From Geosiphon pyriformis uo1 (Eukaryota; Fungi; Glomeromycota): a stretch of DNA of 64,000 bases. The notes under the pieces were generated by a model that was not told the DNA's origin, did not search any database, and saw only the letters and a program-made list of their open reading frames with translations. Shown here piece after piece: positions 1 to 12,856 of this stretch (positions within the stretch are counted from its first letter, which is position 1; each line of letters begins with the position of its first letter). Location: NCBI GenBank assembly GCA_016748015.1, contig JAAOMT010000175.1:105395-169394 (forward strand). Direction: 5' to 3'. The position numbers were made by a program, and so were the translations under genes.

Positions 1-89
1 ATGAATTCAAAGATATCACTTGTCCAGAACCAATCTAATCTACACTGCCAATAAATAAAACATATTTATATTACCAAAGCTGTAGAAAT

Positions 90-1077
90 ATGAATAATCA
101 AAACAAAATTGATTCCCTTTACACTTTTATCAAAGAACAAGTCAAACTCAGAGGGAAAAAATTAAAGATCATTGCTGATTGAGATGAATGTTTACAATCT
201 AGTAAGCCTTTTTTATTGTGAGAAGTTGGTAAGAAAATCCCTTTTCCTGAATACTTTAAAAAGTTTTGAGAAAATTCCCAAATTGTTTATTCTACTACCC
301 TTGGTTCTAGACTAAATGAAAAGGCATAAGAATATTCTTATGTTGACAAAGATGATCCATGAGAAAAAGAATATTGAAATGTTAGCTAATAGAACTTTAA
401 AAAGAAGAATAAAAGCCAATCTAGAACCTCACTATAGTAATCTTCCCAAATTTTATGACCGAACCTTTTATCTTTCATTAGCCCAAGAATTATTGCAGGC
501 TTTAAAAGAAGAACTAATTAGTGAATTAGTGATTATCAGTGCTATGGTCAAAGGTCGGAAAAATGCTGGAAAAGGAAAGAAAGACAAATTCGTTAAAAAT
601 TTTGCTAATTTTTCTCAAAGCAGATTGGTTTTAATAGAAACAGTAATTCCCAAAAAAAGTGAAGAAAAAGGAAGAAGGGATGGCTATAAATCTATTCGTT
701 GAGATTATATTAAAAAAAATGTCTCTGATTTTGATATTTTTATTGATGACAGTGAAATTATTATTGAGGAAACTAGAAAGCTCTTACCTGATAAAACTTA
801 TGTCATACCAAATTACAAATACAACCAAAATCTCCAAGCTTCCAATATCTATTATCTGACAACCAGTATTAGTGATTTAAAAAACAGTGATTTTGTTATT
901 GCTACTTTAGAAATAAAAGATAATCAATTAAAGAAAAAACTAAAATTTCTGCAAATACAAAAGAGAAGAGACAATTGAGTTTTTTGGATAATAATTAGTG
1001 AATCACTAATTTTAAAAACATATGAAGCAATTTTTTTTTCTTGAGCTTTCTTTAGAATACTTCTAATAGTGCTGTAA
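90..1077 (+). pseudogene. HAD-superfamily hydrolase (5'-nucleotidase-like) with hydrophobic C-terminus, translatable with genetic code 4 (TGA=Trp); probable Mollicutes-related endobacterial origin; one TAA and one frameshift
   Basis: ATG at 90 gives MNNQNKIDSLYTFIKEQVKLRGKKLKIIAD(W)DECLQ, a HAD motif I DxD with TGA at 180. Further in-frame TGA at 219, 267, 360, 375; TAA at 327; frameshift near 378-385 into the ORF 316-702 frame. That frame reads through TGA at 700 into (W)DYIKKNVSDFDIFIDD (HAD motif IV) and through TGA at 976 and 1042 to TAA at 1075-1077. Confidence 0.75.
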
Positions 1078-1354
1078 TTATTGAATTCTATAATAAATTT
1101 AATGTAAATTAGTTTCATATATTTTATTTTTATATAGAAATAATTCTATATTAATCTTGTTATGATTTATATTTATCACATTTTATAATAAAATGAATAT
1201 TAAAATTAACAAGTTTATAAATTATAAATAAGCACTATTATTACTTTTCAAAATATTATTAGTCATATTAGTCAATTTTACAGTCATATTATAAAATCAG
1301 TCTTTTATTTATGTCACATAATAGAATATTTACTTTGTCTGATTTTGTTGCAGT

Positions 1355-2754
1355 ATGCTCTATATAAAAGAATTTTTTGGAAATTAGTTATAGTATACTT
1401 AGACAATACCAATATATTTTTTGAAACATTTAATAACTATCTGCTTTATTTTCAAAAAAATTTTGATTATTTCTAAAGTACCAAACTAAAACTTAATCCA
1501 AACAAATGCTTCTTTGGAAAGATTAAACTAAAATTTTTGGAACACATAATAAGTAAAAACAGAGTAAAACCAGATCCTAACAAGATTTGAAAAGTCAAAA
1601 ACTTTTCAGTTCTGACCAACTTATAAGAATTAAGAGAATTTTTAAAATTAGCTAAATACTACAGCAGATTTGTTAAAGGTTTTTTGGATATTGCAAAACC
1701 ATTCTATTATCTGTTATTAAAACATGTTCCATATTTATAGAAAAAAAAACAGCAAAAAGCTTTTAATTATCTTAAACAATACTTAATAAAACACTAATAT
1801 TAATTTATTTAGACTTTAATAAATGTTTTATTGTTATTACAAATGTCTTAAAAAATGCACTAGGAACTATCCTGTTACAAATCAAACTGGATAATTGAAA
1901 ACATCCAATTGTCTATGCCAATTACAGTACTAATATAGTGAAAAAAATATACAGTATAACAAATTTAAAATGTTTTACTATTTATTAAGCAGTACAAAAT
2001 TAAAGACACTATTTTTATTAACTATTTAATCTATATACAGATCACAAAAAACTTATTTAATTATTTAACAAGCCATAATTAGAAGAAAAATATGCACAAT
2101 AAAGTATTTATCTGTAATAATTCCTTTACAAAGTACATTATAAAAAAAAGCCAAGAACATCAATGTTAACAGTTTGTCAAAGATGATACAAATCTAACTC
2201 TGGATTCATAAACACAACTACTTATCAGCAATTATACTAGTATTTATTAACACTGCAGTTTGAAAAGAAATTATCTTAACAGAAACAAAATATTATACAA
2301 AAACAAGTTTGTAATTACTTTATTTAAAACAATTAATTATATTATTATAAATACCAAAACTGTACTATCCTACAACAATAATAAAAAACAATAAAAAAAA
2401 ACTGTTTTGCATAGCATGTACTTTAATCTAATTGCAAAACACTTTAACAAAAACACTACTCTGAAAAAAACAATAAATCTATATTATTGGCCAATAATAT
2501 ATAAAGATATTTTTGAATATATTATCAATTGTAATTTATGCTAATAGAAAAGAGAAGCTAAAACAATAGAACTATTTTGACCTATTTCAGTTTAAAATCT
2601 TTTTAATAGAATCGAGATTAATTTGGTTGGTTTTTTCTCAATTATATCCAAAAAAAATTGTTATATTACTATAACTGTAGACTATTTTACCAAATAGCTT
2701 AAAGTCCAACCCATTCTAGTGGCTAAAGCTAAAACAGTAGCCGAATTTGTGCAT
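1355..2754 (+). mobile_element. Ty3/Gypsy element A, left part (5'-truncated): RT C-terminus, RNase H, integrase N-terminus
   Basis: Degenerate VYLDN(D), LKLNPNKCFFG, RNase H HPIVYA...DH, integrase H..GH/YYW/CxxC and RIGIDLVG. Cut at AEFVH by element B. Confidence 0.9.
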
Positions 2755-3327
2755 TGTTATTCATAGAAAAATACAAAGAAAAAAAACTGAAAAAACAGAT
2801 ACAAAAATAGATTAATAGGAGAATAGTACTTAACACATGAGCACAATATTAAAAAATTATAACACATTGCTAGTGAATTAGGGCACACTGCTTAGTAATG
2901 TAAACAATATCAGTAAAATTAAGATATACTGTTCAGCAATGTAAGCAATGTTAGTAAAATAGAGCATATTATTTAAGAAAATATGAGATTTTATAGAACA
3001 AAAAATATGTATATATAGCGAAAATATTAGAAGCAGAAAAAATAGAATTCATCCCAAAATTCAATTTAGAATCAATAATCCAACTCATTAATTATCTTAT
3101 ATCTCTTCCTTCAAAAAATAGTTTTCTATAACTTAAAGTGATATCCAATTACATATCAATAAAATATTAATTATTATCTAAATTCATATTATGATTATTT
3201 GATTAAAAAATTTTTATCACTCTTATTCTATCAATATTTTATGTTAATAGAATATAATATTTAACTACACTAGACCAATAGTTCTTGATTATGACTATTA
3301 ATGGGATACTAATTTTTTATTTTCTTG

Positions 3328-3359
<32 letters not shown>

Positions 3360-3717
3360 TTGTATTTGTTGTTTATTAATAAATTAAAGGGATTAAGTAT
3401 TGAGTAATTTGATGTCAAGAATAGCCTAATAAAAGACCCAAAAATAAGAATAAGAAACTTGGAAATTAAGAATAGCTTACCAAAAGAGCACAACTGTTAA
3501 AATAAACTGGCCACCATACTGAAAAAAAAAATTTGACAGAATAATCATTTTAAAAGGCTACTAAAACAACTATTGAATCTTTGTTTATTATACAAAGGAC
3601 TTAATCAAAATTTTCAGATTACAAAAAACCTTCAAATATTACTAACTGTATTAGCTATTAAACACCAAATTATGAGTTTGTTATTTGTTTCCATACTCCA
3701 AATAATCATTTATAATA
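2755..3717 (+). repeat. 5' LTR of element B
   Basis: Starts TGTTATTCATAG, ends TATAATA (from TGTAACA), aligns with 11845-12852; ~41-bp U3 tandem repeats; TATA-like box near 3010. Confidence 0.92.
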
Positions 3718-3719
3718 TT

Positions 3720-3737
3720 TGGTACTCTTTGTGAGAT
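3720..3737 (+). promoter_or_regulatory. Primer-binding site of element B (TGGTACTCTTTGTGAG)
   Basis: TGG 2 nt after the LTR end; homologous to the PBS at 22664. Confidence 0.8.
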
Positions 3738-3781
3738 ATAATCTAACAGAGAACTAGCATCAACAACAATTATTTGAAACA

Positions 3782-6700
3782 ATAGTAGAATCAAAAGTAA
3801 TAAAGACAAATCACTTGGAATTTGTGAAATTTTTATTCTAACAATATCACCAACAGTTAAAATTAACCAGCAATCATTGGCCAGCCAAATCAGCCTTCAA
3901 TTGTTACATTAACAAAAAAATTACATACTTCTTAAGAGAACTAACAGATACTGAATTAGCAAAAAAAAATTTCTACAACAAATTAATCCAACATACCAAC
4001 TTATTATTAAATTACAACTTTGCTCTTACCATTATTGAAATCAACTAAGGAATTAAAAATTACATTCAACAAAAATTTTCTATTACTTATGCAGACAAAG
4101 ACAAAAGAAAACCACAAACTCCAGCAGAAACACCAAAGAAAATACAACTATCTATTTAAAAAAAACAAAAAATCAATTTCTTAATCAATTTATTATATTA
4201 CTACACATCTGAAAATACTATCAATATACCATCAAAAGTTGTATTATTATCAGCAAAAACACTATTAGCAATAATAATGTTTTAAAGCAAACAAAAAAAA
4301 GCCGATTTATTAAAAACTTATGGTAATTTTTTTGAAAAATTTAAATTGCAATCACTAATGCCATCAGAATTTTAATCACTGCCATCCCAACCCAATTTCA
4401 GAGCCACTAGTTCTTGGAAAATAACCAACTCAAAAAAAAAAAAAGATGATAATCAAGAATTTAATTATCAAAACCTGATTCCAAAAAACCCAGAAATACA
4501 AACTCTGATTATTTAGGCCCAGCAAAACCTGAATAATTTAAACTCAGCTTCTATTGTTCTCCAAAATTTACCTTCAGTAATTGTAATTGATCCATCACCA
4601 ATTGTACTAATTGCTATTCAATAACAACAAGCTTAACAACAACAACTTTAACAACAATTATCACAACAACTGTTACCAATAACATATGCTTCTATTGCCA
4701 AATTAGAAAAGTTTACCAGCAAAAAAGATAATGTTCAAGTCTGGCTTAATAATATTGCTAAGACAATTGCTGCCAAAAATTGAAACAATACCAGAGCTTT
4801 ATAAGTCATTCCATATTTCTTGTAAAATACTGCCAACTTATAATATTAAAGTTTGGTTTAGAAACCCCAAAACTTCAACAAGTTCAAATTTAAATTTTTG
4901 AAATATTTTATTAACAATAATAGCATTAATTGTCTTACAACTGTCTTCACCACCATTAAACAAAGAGATACTAAAGCCATTACCATTTATTTAGGACATT
5001 TTTATAAAAATTTGCATCAAATACAAATGATTAATATAAACTATTTTACAGTGTCTCAGATCTTGAATTAATTTATCTGTAATTTATACAGTAGCTTTCT
5101 ATAATACATATGTTCATTGCACTTACAAACACTTCAAGACACAGTTATGTATGCCAGAGATTTTAAATCAGCCAAATTTAAGGCCAACCATACTCAAGTT
5201 GTTAATCTAGTAATGAATAGATTATCTGAATTAGATACCAAATTGAAACAATTTGGTGAAGCTATTAATTAGAAAATTGAGAAATACTTAGTTAACAATC
5301 AGGCAATTTATTAATCTTTACAATGTCATAAGAATCAAGAAAATTCAAATTGGTTCCACAATTAGTCATGTTCAATACTATCATCATTAATCAATCAACA
5401 GTAATAACAAGAGATGTGTAATTATTATTATTATAATAAACAAGAGTACTTGAAAATAAATTGTTGTCTAAGACTAAATAATTAATGATCGGAAAATCAA
5501 TATCAAAATTCAATTGCAAATTTCAAACCCTAAACTATACCAGTAATCAATCACTTGAACAATATTACTATCAATCATACTACTCTTAAATAATACAACT
5601 AATTTATCAGCCACTAATCTATCAAACACCAATACTAGTAATTTATCAGCTATCTCAGTCCCAAATAATGTATTAATCCCAACAAATTCAAACCCAGCCC
5701 CAGAACTTATCTCTAAACAGAAACCAAAGACTGAGAATTATTTAACAAAATTGGAGATTAATAATGGTAATGTACCAACCAATTCTTTAATTCCTTGAAT
5801 CAACAATCAGAATTACACCAATATAGTTCAGAAAATGGGTATGCTCAAAACCTGAATTCTCAATACTATTTAAGTTTTCCAGTTACTCCAAAAACCAGCT
5901 TATTCAATAACTTAGAAAACTCAAAAAAACTACTTATTAGTAACATTCTATTAGCAACTGTTATTGAAAACAAATTACTTGTAGTCATATTTTTATTCAA
6001 AGTAAAAGAATCAACAATGCTATCTCTATTTAATGGAACAACTATTAGCACTCAATTTATCACAGCAATATACACAGATACCAAAGTTAATGACCACTCT
6101 ATCAAGCTAATTCTTAATAGTAATTTAGCAGATAGCATCATTACATAACAACTCATGAACCAATTAAGTCATTAAGTTGATTATATTGCCAATACCAGAA
6201 TTATTACTACCAATGAAGTGACAAAAACACTCATTAGTGAGATTAACAACTTCCTGATTAAAGTTAATAATATTACAGCATCTATCAAAGTTTTTGTAAT
6301 GAAAATCACACAATACCAAGTGCTAGTTAATAATGACTGGCTATTTAAAACCAATATCATGTTTAACTGAAATACTTAAGAGCTACAGATTAGTAAAAAT
6401 AATCTGCAAACACAAATATCTGCCACTTGTGGCCACTTTAAACCAATTACCACTATCTAATTACCACTAATTGAATTGGAAAAAGAAAAAAAAAATCTAT
6501 CTGAGAAGTATATCAAATATTGTGGATGAAAGAAGACTATAATAAGCTATTACCAATTTTATTATGGAACAATAAAGGGAAAAGAAGAGAGGAAAACAAA
6601 CCACAAGTCACTACTAACACCAGTAAAACTGCAAACACTTGGCACATACTATACTTAGTAAACACAAAGAAAAAACCATCTTATATTTTTCTTAAGTATA

Positions 6701-9700
6701 TTGACTGCAAAAAAAAGCTTTTATTCATAGAAGCTTGGGTAATACCAGACAAAAACTATTGGATGTATACTCATTATTACTGCAAATCATATTACCAAAA
6801 ATGTTTTGGTTACCCAAAATAACAAGGAAAGTAAGACAATAAATCATGCCTCACTTGTAAAGAAATATTATTTGATAAAAAAATATGGAATAACATTCCT
6901 GGTTAAGAAGAAATATGCAATGCATTATGTCAATACACAATTCTTATTAGTGATTGGGTAAACTGAGAAACACTTTTCAATACTGTATAGAACCAAGTAC
7001 TTTTACACTTGGATAATTATTCACATGATAAGAATAAAATCTGGTGAATAACAAGTGTCAAAGTCAAAAATACTGTGCTTAGTAAAATATTGGCAATCAA
7101 AAACAACCCACCAAAACCAGTTAAAGCCATTTTTATTCCCAACCCAAACATATTTTTTGATATTTTAAGTAATTCAGAACAATTCCACAAATACTACCAA
7201 GACTTAGCACTTTCTAGAGAAAAACAAGAGCAGTATTTAAAACAGTTAAACACAAGACTGTGTAAACATTGCTTAATTTTCAGTGACTTTAATTATTGTG
7301 ATGATTGTAATTTTATTTACAATCTACCACCACACATGATCTATTTGATTCCCAAAAAAAAAACCAATCAACAAATGTGCAGTAGAATCAGAATTAAAAT
7401 TTAATTCCAATTTAAACTCTAATAATAATGACAATAACAGTTCCAACTCTATTTACTATGGCAATGACAATAATGATTCAAACTTTAATTACAATCTTAA
7501 ACAATATATCACACTTCCAGATCTGTTTATAGAGCAAGAACTAAAATAGTTTAGTGATAATGATAAAAGTATTATGCCAAAACAGTGTATAATATTAATA
7601 TAAAATTTGATCTTAAATATTCAAGAAAAACTGCTATTAGATTAGAACTATATTTGCATACCAGTATAGATCTGAAAATAGCACTAAAAATTTCAGCAAC
7701 AACAATGGTTCAATTAACATCTAGATTTAATTTAGCAAAAAAAGAAATTAATATTAGAAGAGAAATAATTGATGCAGAATATATAGAAAATATTATTACA
7801 ATGGTATAAAATAACTCAAAAAAAGGATATACTATTGAACCAAATAAAAAAATAGCACAGACAATATTTTTACTTTTGGTAAAAGTAGCTTATTTAGTAT
7901 TAGTGAGAACAAAGAAAAAATTAGAAATAACTGTAAAAAAAATAAATAGATTCGGATCTATAAGTAAAATAGATATACCAGTTAATATGGCAAAGAAAAA
8001 AGAAATTATCTTTACCAATCAATCAATTTTTATTCTACCATATGACTAGTATATGTTAGTAATAGAGAGAAAAGTAAGAAACCAGTCTTAGATTTTTAAA
8101 GTGAAACCAATTATTTGTGAATTAAAGAAGATTAGAATTACCAATCTTTATATACCAGCCAAAAACTATAAACACATCAAAATTCTCATCTACAATACAA
8201 CTGAAAACACTATTAAAATACCAAACAGAACTATTATTAGATACTTAAGCACTGAAATTGAAAACTAACTACCAAATACTATTTTAGATTTTCTATAACT
8301 GTGTAGATATGTAAATATTATATTACAAACAATATATGAACAAGAAGAATATTATTTGTTCTAATCAGAACGATTAGAACAAATAAACTTGAGAAACTTA
8401 GACCCACTTTAACATATGCAACTTAAGATGCTACTTAACAATTTTATTAACATCTTTGCTAGTGAAAACAAATTTGGCAAAACCAACATTATTTAACACC
8501 AAATCAAGACAGAAAATACAATGCCAATTAAACAAAGAGCATACAAAATACCACCAATAACCTACAAGATCATCTGACAAGAAATTAACAAAATGTTAGA
8601 CAATAGATTAATTCAATTATTTATGAGTTTATAGTCATTATCAATAATAGTAGTTTGGAAAAAAAATGGAAAAATTCACTTTTGTGTAGATTACAAAAAG
8701 CTTAACAATATTACTTGTGGAGACAGCTATTCAACTTTACAGATTCAAGAATTATTCAATACATTTAGAAGAAAAAAATGGTTTTCAACATTAAATTTGA
8801 ACAGTGATTATTGGCAAGTAGTCATAAACCCAGCTGATAAAAAAAAACAGCATTCACTACCAGAAAAAAGAACTTTGAATTCAATATTATACTATTTGGC
8901 TTAATAAATACTCCAGCCACTTTCCAATAGCTAATAGAAATTGTCTATACTAAATTTCTATAAAAGTCAGTAATAGTCTACTTGGACAACATTAATGTAT
9001 TTTCCAAAACATTTGATGATTATTTCTACTATCTCCAACAAGTGTTTGAAAGATTAAGAAGAGCTGGACTAAAGTTAAACACTACAAAGTATTTCTTTGG
9101 CAAAACAGAACTGAAATTTTTAGATTTAAATAAAATTGAAATAGTTAAAAACTTTTCAATACTAACAAATCTTATAGAATTAAGAGCATTTTTGGGATTT
9201 GTTAAATACTATTGCTGCTTTATCCAGAACTTTTTCAAACTGGCTTAACCATTTCACCAGCTCTAAACAAAGAATATAAAATATAAATAAACCAAAATCC
9301 AACAAAAAGCTTTTAATATCTTGAAAAGAAAGCTTATTCAAGCATTAGTACTAATCTATTTAAATCACAACAAATTATTTATTATCATTACTGATACATC
9401 AGGTCAAGTTTTGAAAGCAGTATTGTCACAAAAAAGGCCAAATAAAAGAGAACACTCAATAGTATATGCCAGCCAAAGCTTAAGCCTAGCTGAAAAGAAC
9501 TATAGAACTTCAGTACTAAAACATTTGACTATCTATTGAGCTGTTATCAAATAGAAAAAATATTTGAGTCAAAATTTTGATGTATACACTGATTACAAGA
9601 AATTAATATCAATTCAAAAGCAAAAATTTGGAGATAACTGCTATGTAAGATAAAAAATAGAACTATTACTATTCAATTATATAATACATTATAAAAAAAA

Positions 9701-9748
9701 AAAAAAAACAGAAATGCCAATGGTTTGTCATAAATAAAACAAATCTAA
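3782..9748 (+). pseudogene. Element B gag-pol: Gag (Q-rich, retrotransposon gag, CCHC knuckle), aspartic protease, Cys-rich domain, dUTPase, RT, RNase H
   Basis: Degenerate EKFTSKKDNVQVWLN (gag), LILNSNLADSII (DSG protease), CxxC clusters 6690-7325, dUTPase about 7565-7965, FCVDY.KLN, YLDN(D), IIITDTSG...VYAS; ends ..KQI* at 9746-9748. Confidence 0.88.
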
Positions 9749-9779
9749 GAATATTTTTAACCCAAAAATATAACAAAAG

Positions 9780-11139
9780 ATGAACATACAAAAATATCAA
9801 CAATTCCAATATTTTATCAATACTCAACAATTCAAGAAAAAATTATCTCAAAAGAACAAAACAATATAAGACAACAAGCAAAATATTTTTTATTTATCAA
9901 AATATATTATATTAAAAAAACAAAAAATATTCAGATCAGCTATTCAAAGTAATCACAGAGCCAGAAAAAGAAACAATACTATTCAACATGCATTCAAATC
10001 TAACAACAGAATATTTTCATAAAGAAGCAATCATAAAAAGAACCAGAAAAAAATACTATTGGCTATTTATATATCCAGACATTATTTAATATGTTCAAAA
10101 CTGTGATGTTTATCAAAAAAGAGGAGAAACAAGACCCAGTAAATTACTAAGACCAATTAAAGTAGGACAATCATTTGATCAAATTGGAATTGACTTAGTC
10201 AGACCATTAACAATAACCAGCAAAGACAATTGTTATATAGCAATAGCTATGGACTATCTTATAAAATGGCCAAAAGCAAAAACAATCCAAAAAACAGATG
10301 CAGAATCTATAGCCAAATTTGTTCATCAAAATTTGATTTGTTAACACAGATGTCCAAAAAAATTATTATCAGATTAAAAAACTCACTTTGTGAACAGAAT
10401 ACTAACAGAATTGAATTAAAGATTTGGAATTAAGAGACTATTATCATTACTATACTATCCATAAACAAATAGTTTAGTCAAAAAGTTCAACAGAATATTG
10501 TGTAAAGCAATAGTTAAGATTAGTCAAAAAAACCAGAACAAATAGAATTTGTTTATAACATCAGTACTATTTGCTTATTGAACAATGAAACAAGATATTA
10601 CATAAACAACACTATTTGAACTTGTTTATAATAGAACAGCAATATTATCAATAGAGATAGACATTAATAAAACCAATAACAGAGACTAACTTTCAAAAAA
10701 CATTGCTGAAAAGAACATACAAATTAATAAAAACTTTGGAAAACAAAAGATGAAAAACAGTTGATAATATTTAAAAGTTACAAAAAAAATGACATTATAA
10801 CCAATTACCAAATAAACTAGTTGAATTCAGGATTGAAAACAAAGTATTCTTATATTGTATTAAAGCAAAAAAACAATAGAATAAAAAATTTAATCCTAAA
10901 TGAGATGAACTATTTTACATTGAAAAAATTCTAAAAAATAAAGCTTATAATCTAAAATAAGACAACAAAATCTTAGCTAAAACAGTACATAAAGATTGAC
11001 TGAAATCATATTACAATATAGCATCATCATTTACCAATAATATTTACAACTGAGAATACAACAAATACTAGTCTAACCAGATAAGATTCCACAAGATCTA
11101 GAACCAATCATAATTATCAATACAAACACATCAAATTAA
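9780..11139 (+). pseudogene. Element B integrase, encoded as a separate ORF
   Basis: Own ATG at 9780, out of frame with RNase H; YYW...CDV, IGIDLV, SDQ.THF, Y.P.TN.LV, W.GPF-like C-terminus; stop 11137-11139. Confidence 0.8.
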
Positions 11140-11193
11140 TCTACAAAATAGTATATAAAGACACAGTAAACATAACAACAGCAACAATAAAAG

Positions 11194-11828
11194 ATAGAAA
11201 TTTCAGACCACATTTACACAATGGCTCAATAATTATTTTAAGCCATAAATCAACAACAATTAGACATGGAAATTGTCATCAACCACTAAACAATTTACTA
11301 TCAAAACACAAAAAAAAAAAAGCAGAAAAAACCTTATATTAGTGACCACAAAACCAAACAAAGTATTGGTCAGATAAAATCATAAAAAAAGTAAAAAACA
11401 CTTTTAGAAAAATACCAAGAATAATTTCAACAGAAAGACTGACTAAAGAAAACTAAAAGCTATAAATAGAACAACTTACAGTAACTTACTGTTATTATTA
11501 GTTGGGACAAATACTGAATATTCAAGAATTATATATTGATAAATCTAAGAAAATATTCAATCAAAAAATAGTACAACAAATTAAACAGTTTATTGAAAAA
11601 AAAACAAATTCAAGAATATATATTAAAACAATTTACTGACTATATACCATATTTCAAAACTATCCAGAAATATTACTATACTAAAAAATAGAAACAATAA
11701 TCATTAATTAATAGAAAATAATAAACAACTCTCAATATAAGAAAATAAGAAACAAAATTAAACAAACAATATTAAAAAAAGAAGTAATGAATTTAATTCA
11801 AAGTGAAGATTTTGATAGAGCTTAATAG
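11194..11828 (+). pseudogene. Element B ORF3 (env position), unknown ~210 aa protein
   Basis: Homologous to 13758-14372 in A and about 29840-30255 in C (YCYY.LGQ.L...Y.LYTIF...I); ends right at the PPT; TATATAAAG at 11152-11160. Confidence 0.7.
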
Positions 11829-11844
11829 TAAAAAAAAGAGATAA

Positions 11845-12852
11845 TATTATTTATAGAAAAATACAAAAAAAAACTGAAAAAAAGATAAGAAAATAAATCA
11901 ATAAGAGAATAATACTTAATATATGAGCACAATATCAGAAAATTATTATATATTGTTTAGCAATATGTATATTACTAGTAAATTAGGGCATACTACTTAG
12001 TAATGTGAGCAATGTCAATAAATTAGGGTACACTGCTTAACAATATGAACAATGTCAATAAAATTAGAACATACTACTTAACAATATGAGCAATGTTAAT
12101 AAAATAGGGCACATTGCTTAAAAAAATATGAGATCTTATAAAACAAAAAATATGTATATATAACAAGAATATTAAAAGTAAAAAAGATAGAATTTATTTC
12201 AAAATTCAATTCAAAATCAATAACTTAATTCATTAATTATTTCATACCTCTCTCTTCAAAAGGTAGTTTTTTACAACTTGAAATAAAATCCAATTACATA
12301 TTAATAAAATATTAATTATTACCTGAATTCATATTATTGTTATTTAATTAAGAAATCTTTATTGCTCTCATTCTATCAATACTTTATGTTGATAGAATTC
12401 AATACTTAATTATACTAGACCAATAGCTTTTAATTATAATTATTGACAGAATATTAATTTTTTATTTTCTTGTTATTTTTTTTTATTTTATTTTGTTGCA
12501 TTTGTTGTTTACTAATGGATTAAAAAGATTAAGCATTGAGTAATTTAACATTAAGAATAGTCTAATAAAAGATCCAGAAATAAGAGTAGAGAATTTGGAA
12601 ATTGAGGATAGCTTACTAGAAAAACACAACTGCCAAAATAAACTGGCCACCACACTGAAAAAAAAATTTTAACAAAATAACTATTTTAAGAAACTACCAA
12701 AACAATTATTAATCTCTGTTAATTATATAAAAAATTCAACCAAAACCTTCAGATTACAAAAGATTTTCAGATATTACTAATTGTACTAGCTATTGAACAC
12801 CAAGTTATAGGTTTGTTATTTGTTTCCATACTTTAAATAATTATCTGTAATA
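11845..12852 (+). repeat. 3' LTR of element B
   Basis: Follows the PPT; aligns to 2755-3717 mainly with transitions; carries one more U3 repeat unit. Confidence 0.92.
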
Positions 12853-12856
12853 ACAT

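Larger units (their letters stand above)
2755..12852 (+). mobile_element. Ty3/Gypsy element B, full-length but pseudogenised, nested in the integrase of element A
   Basis: Paired LTRs, PBS, PPT (about 11830-11844), 4-bp TSD GCAT (2751-2754) / ACAT (12853-12856). Element A integrase reads across the junction (AEFVH|QYLIC.HGCPK.LLSDQ). Confidence 0.93.

Noticed and set aside
2870-2975. CRISPR-like appearance of the LTR tandem arrays (also 21873-22030 and 58669-58788)
   Set aside because: No unique spacers and no cas genes; they are head-to-tail U3 repeats.
11194-11828. Calling ORF3 an env gene
   Set aside because: It is short, with no visible signal peptide, furin site or transmembrane anchor.
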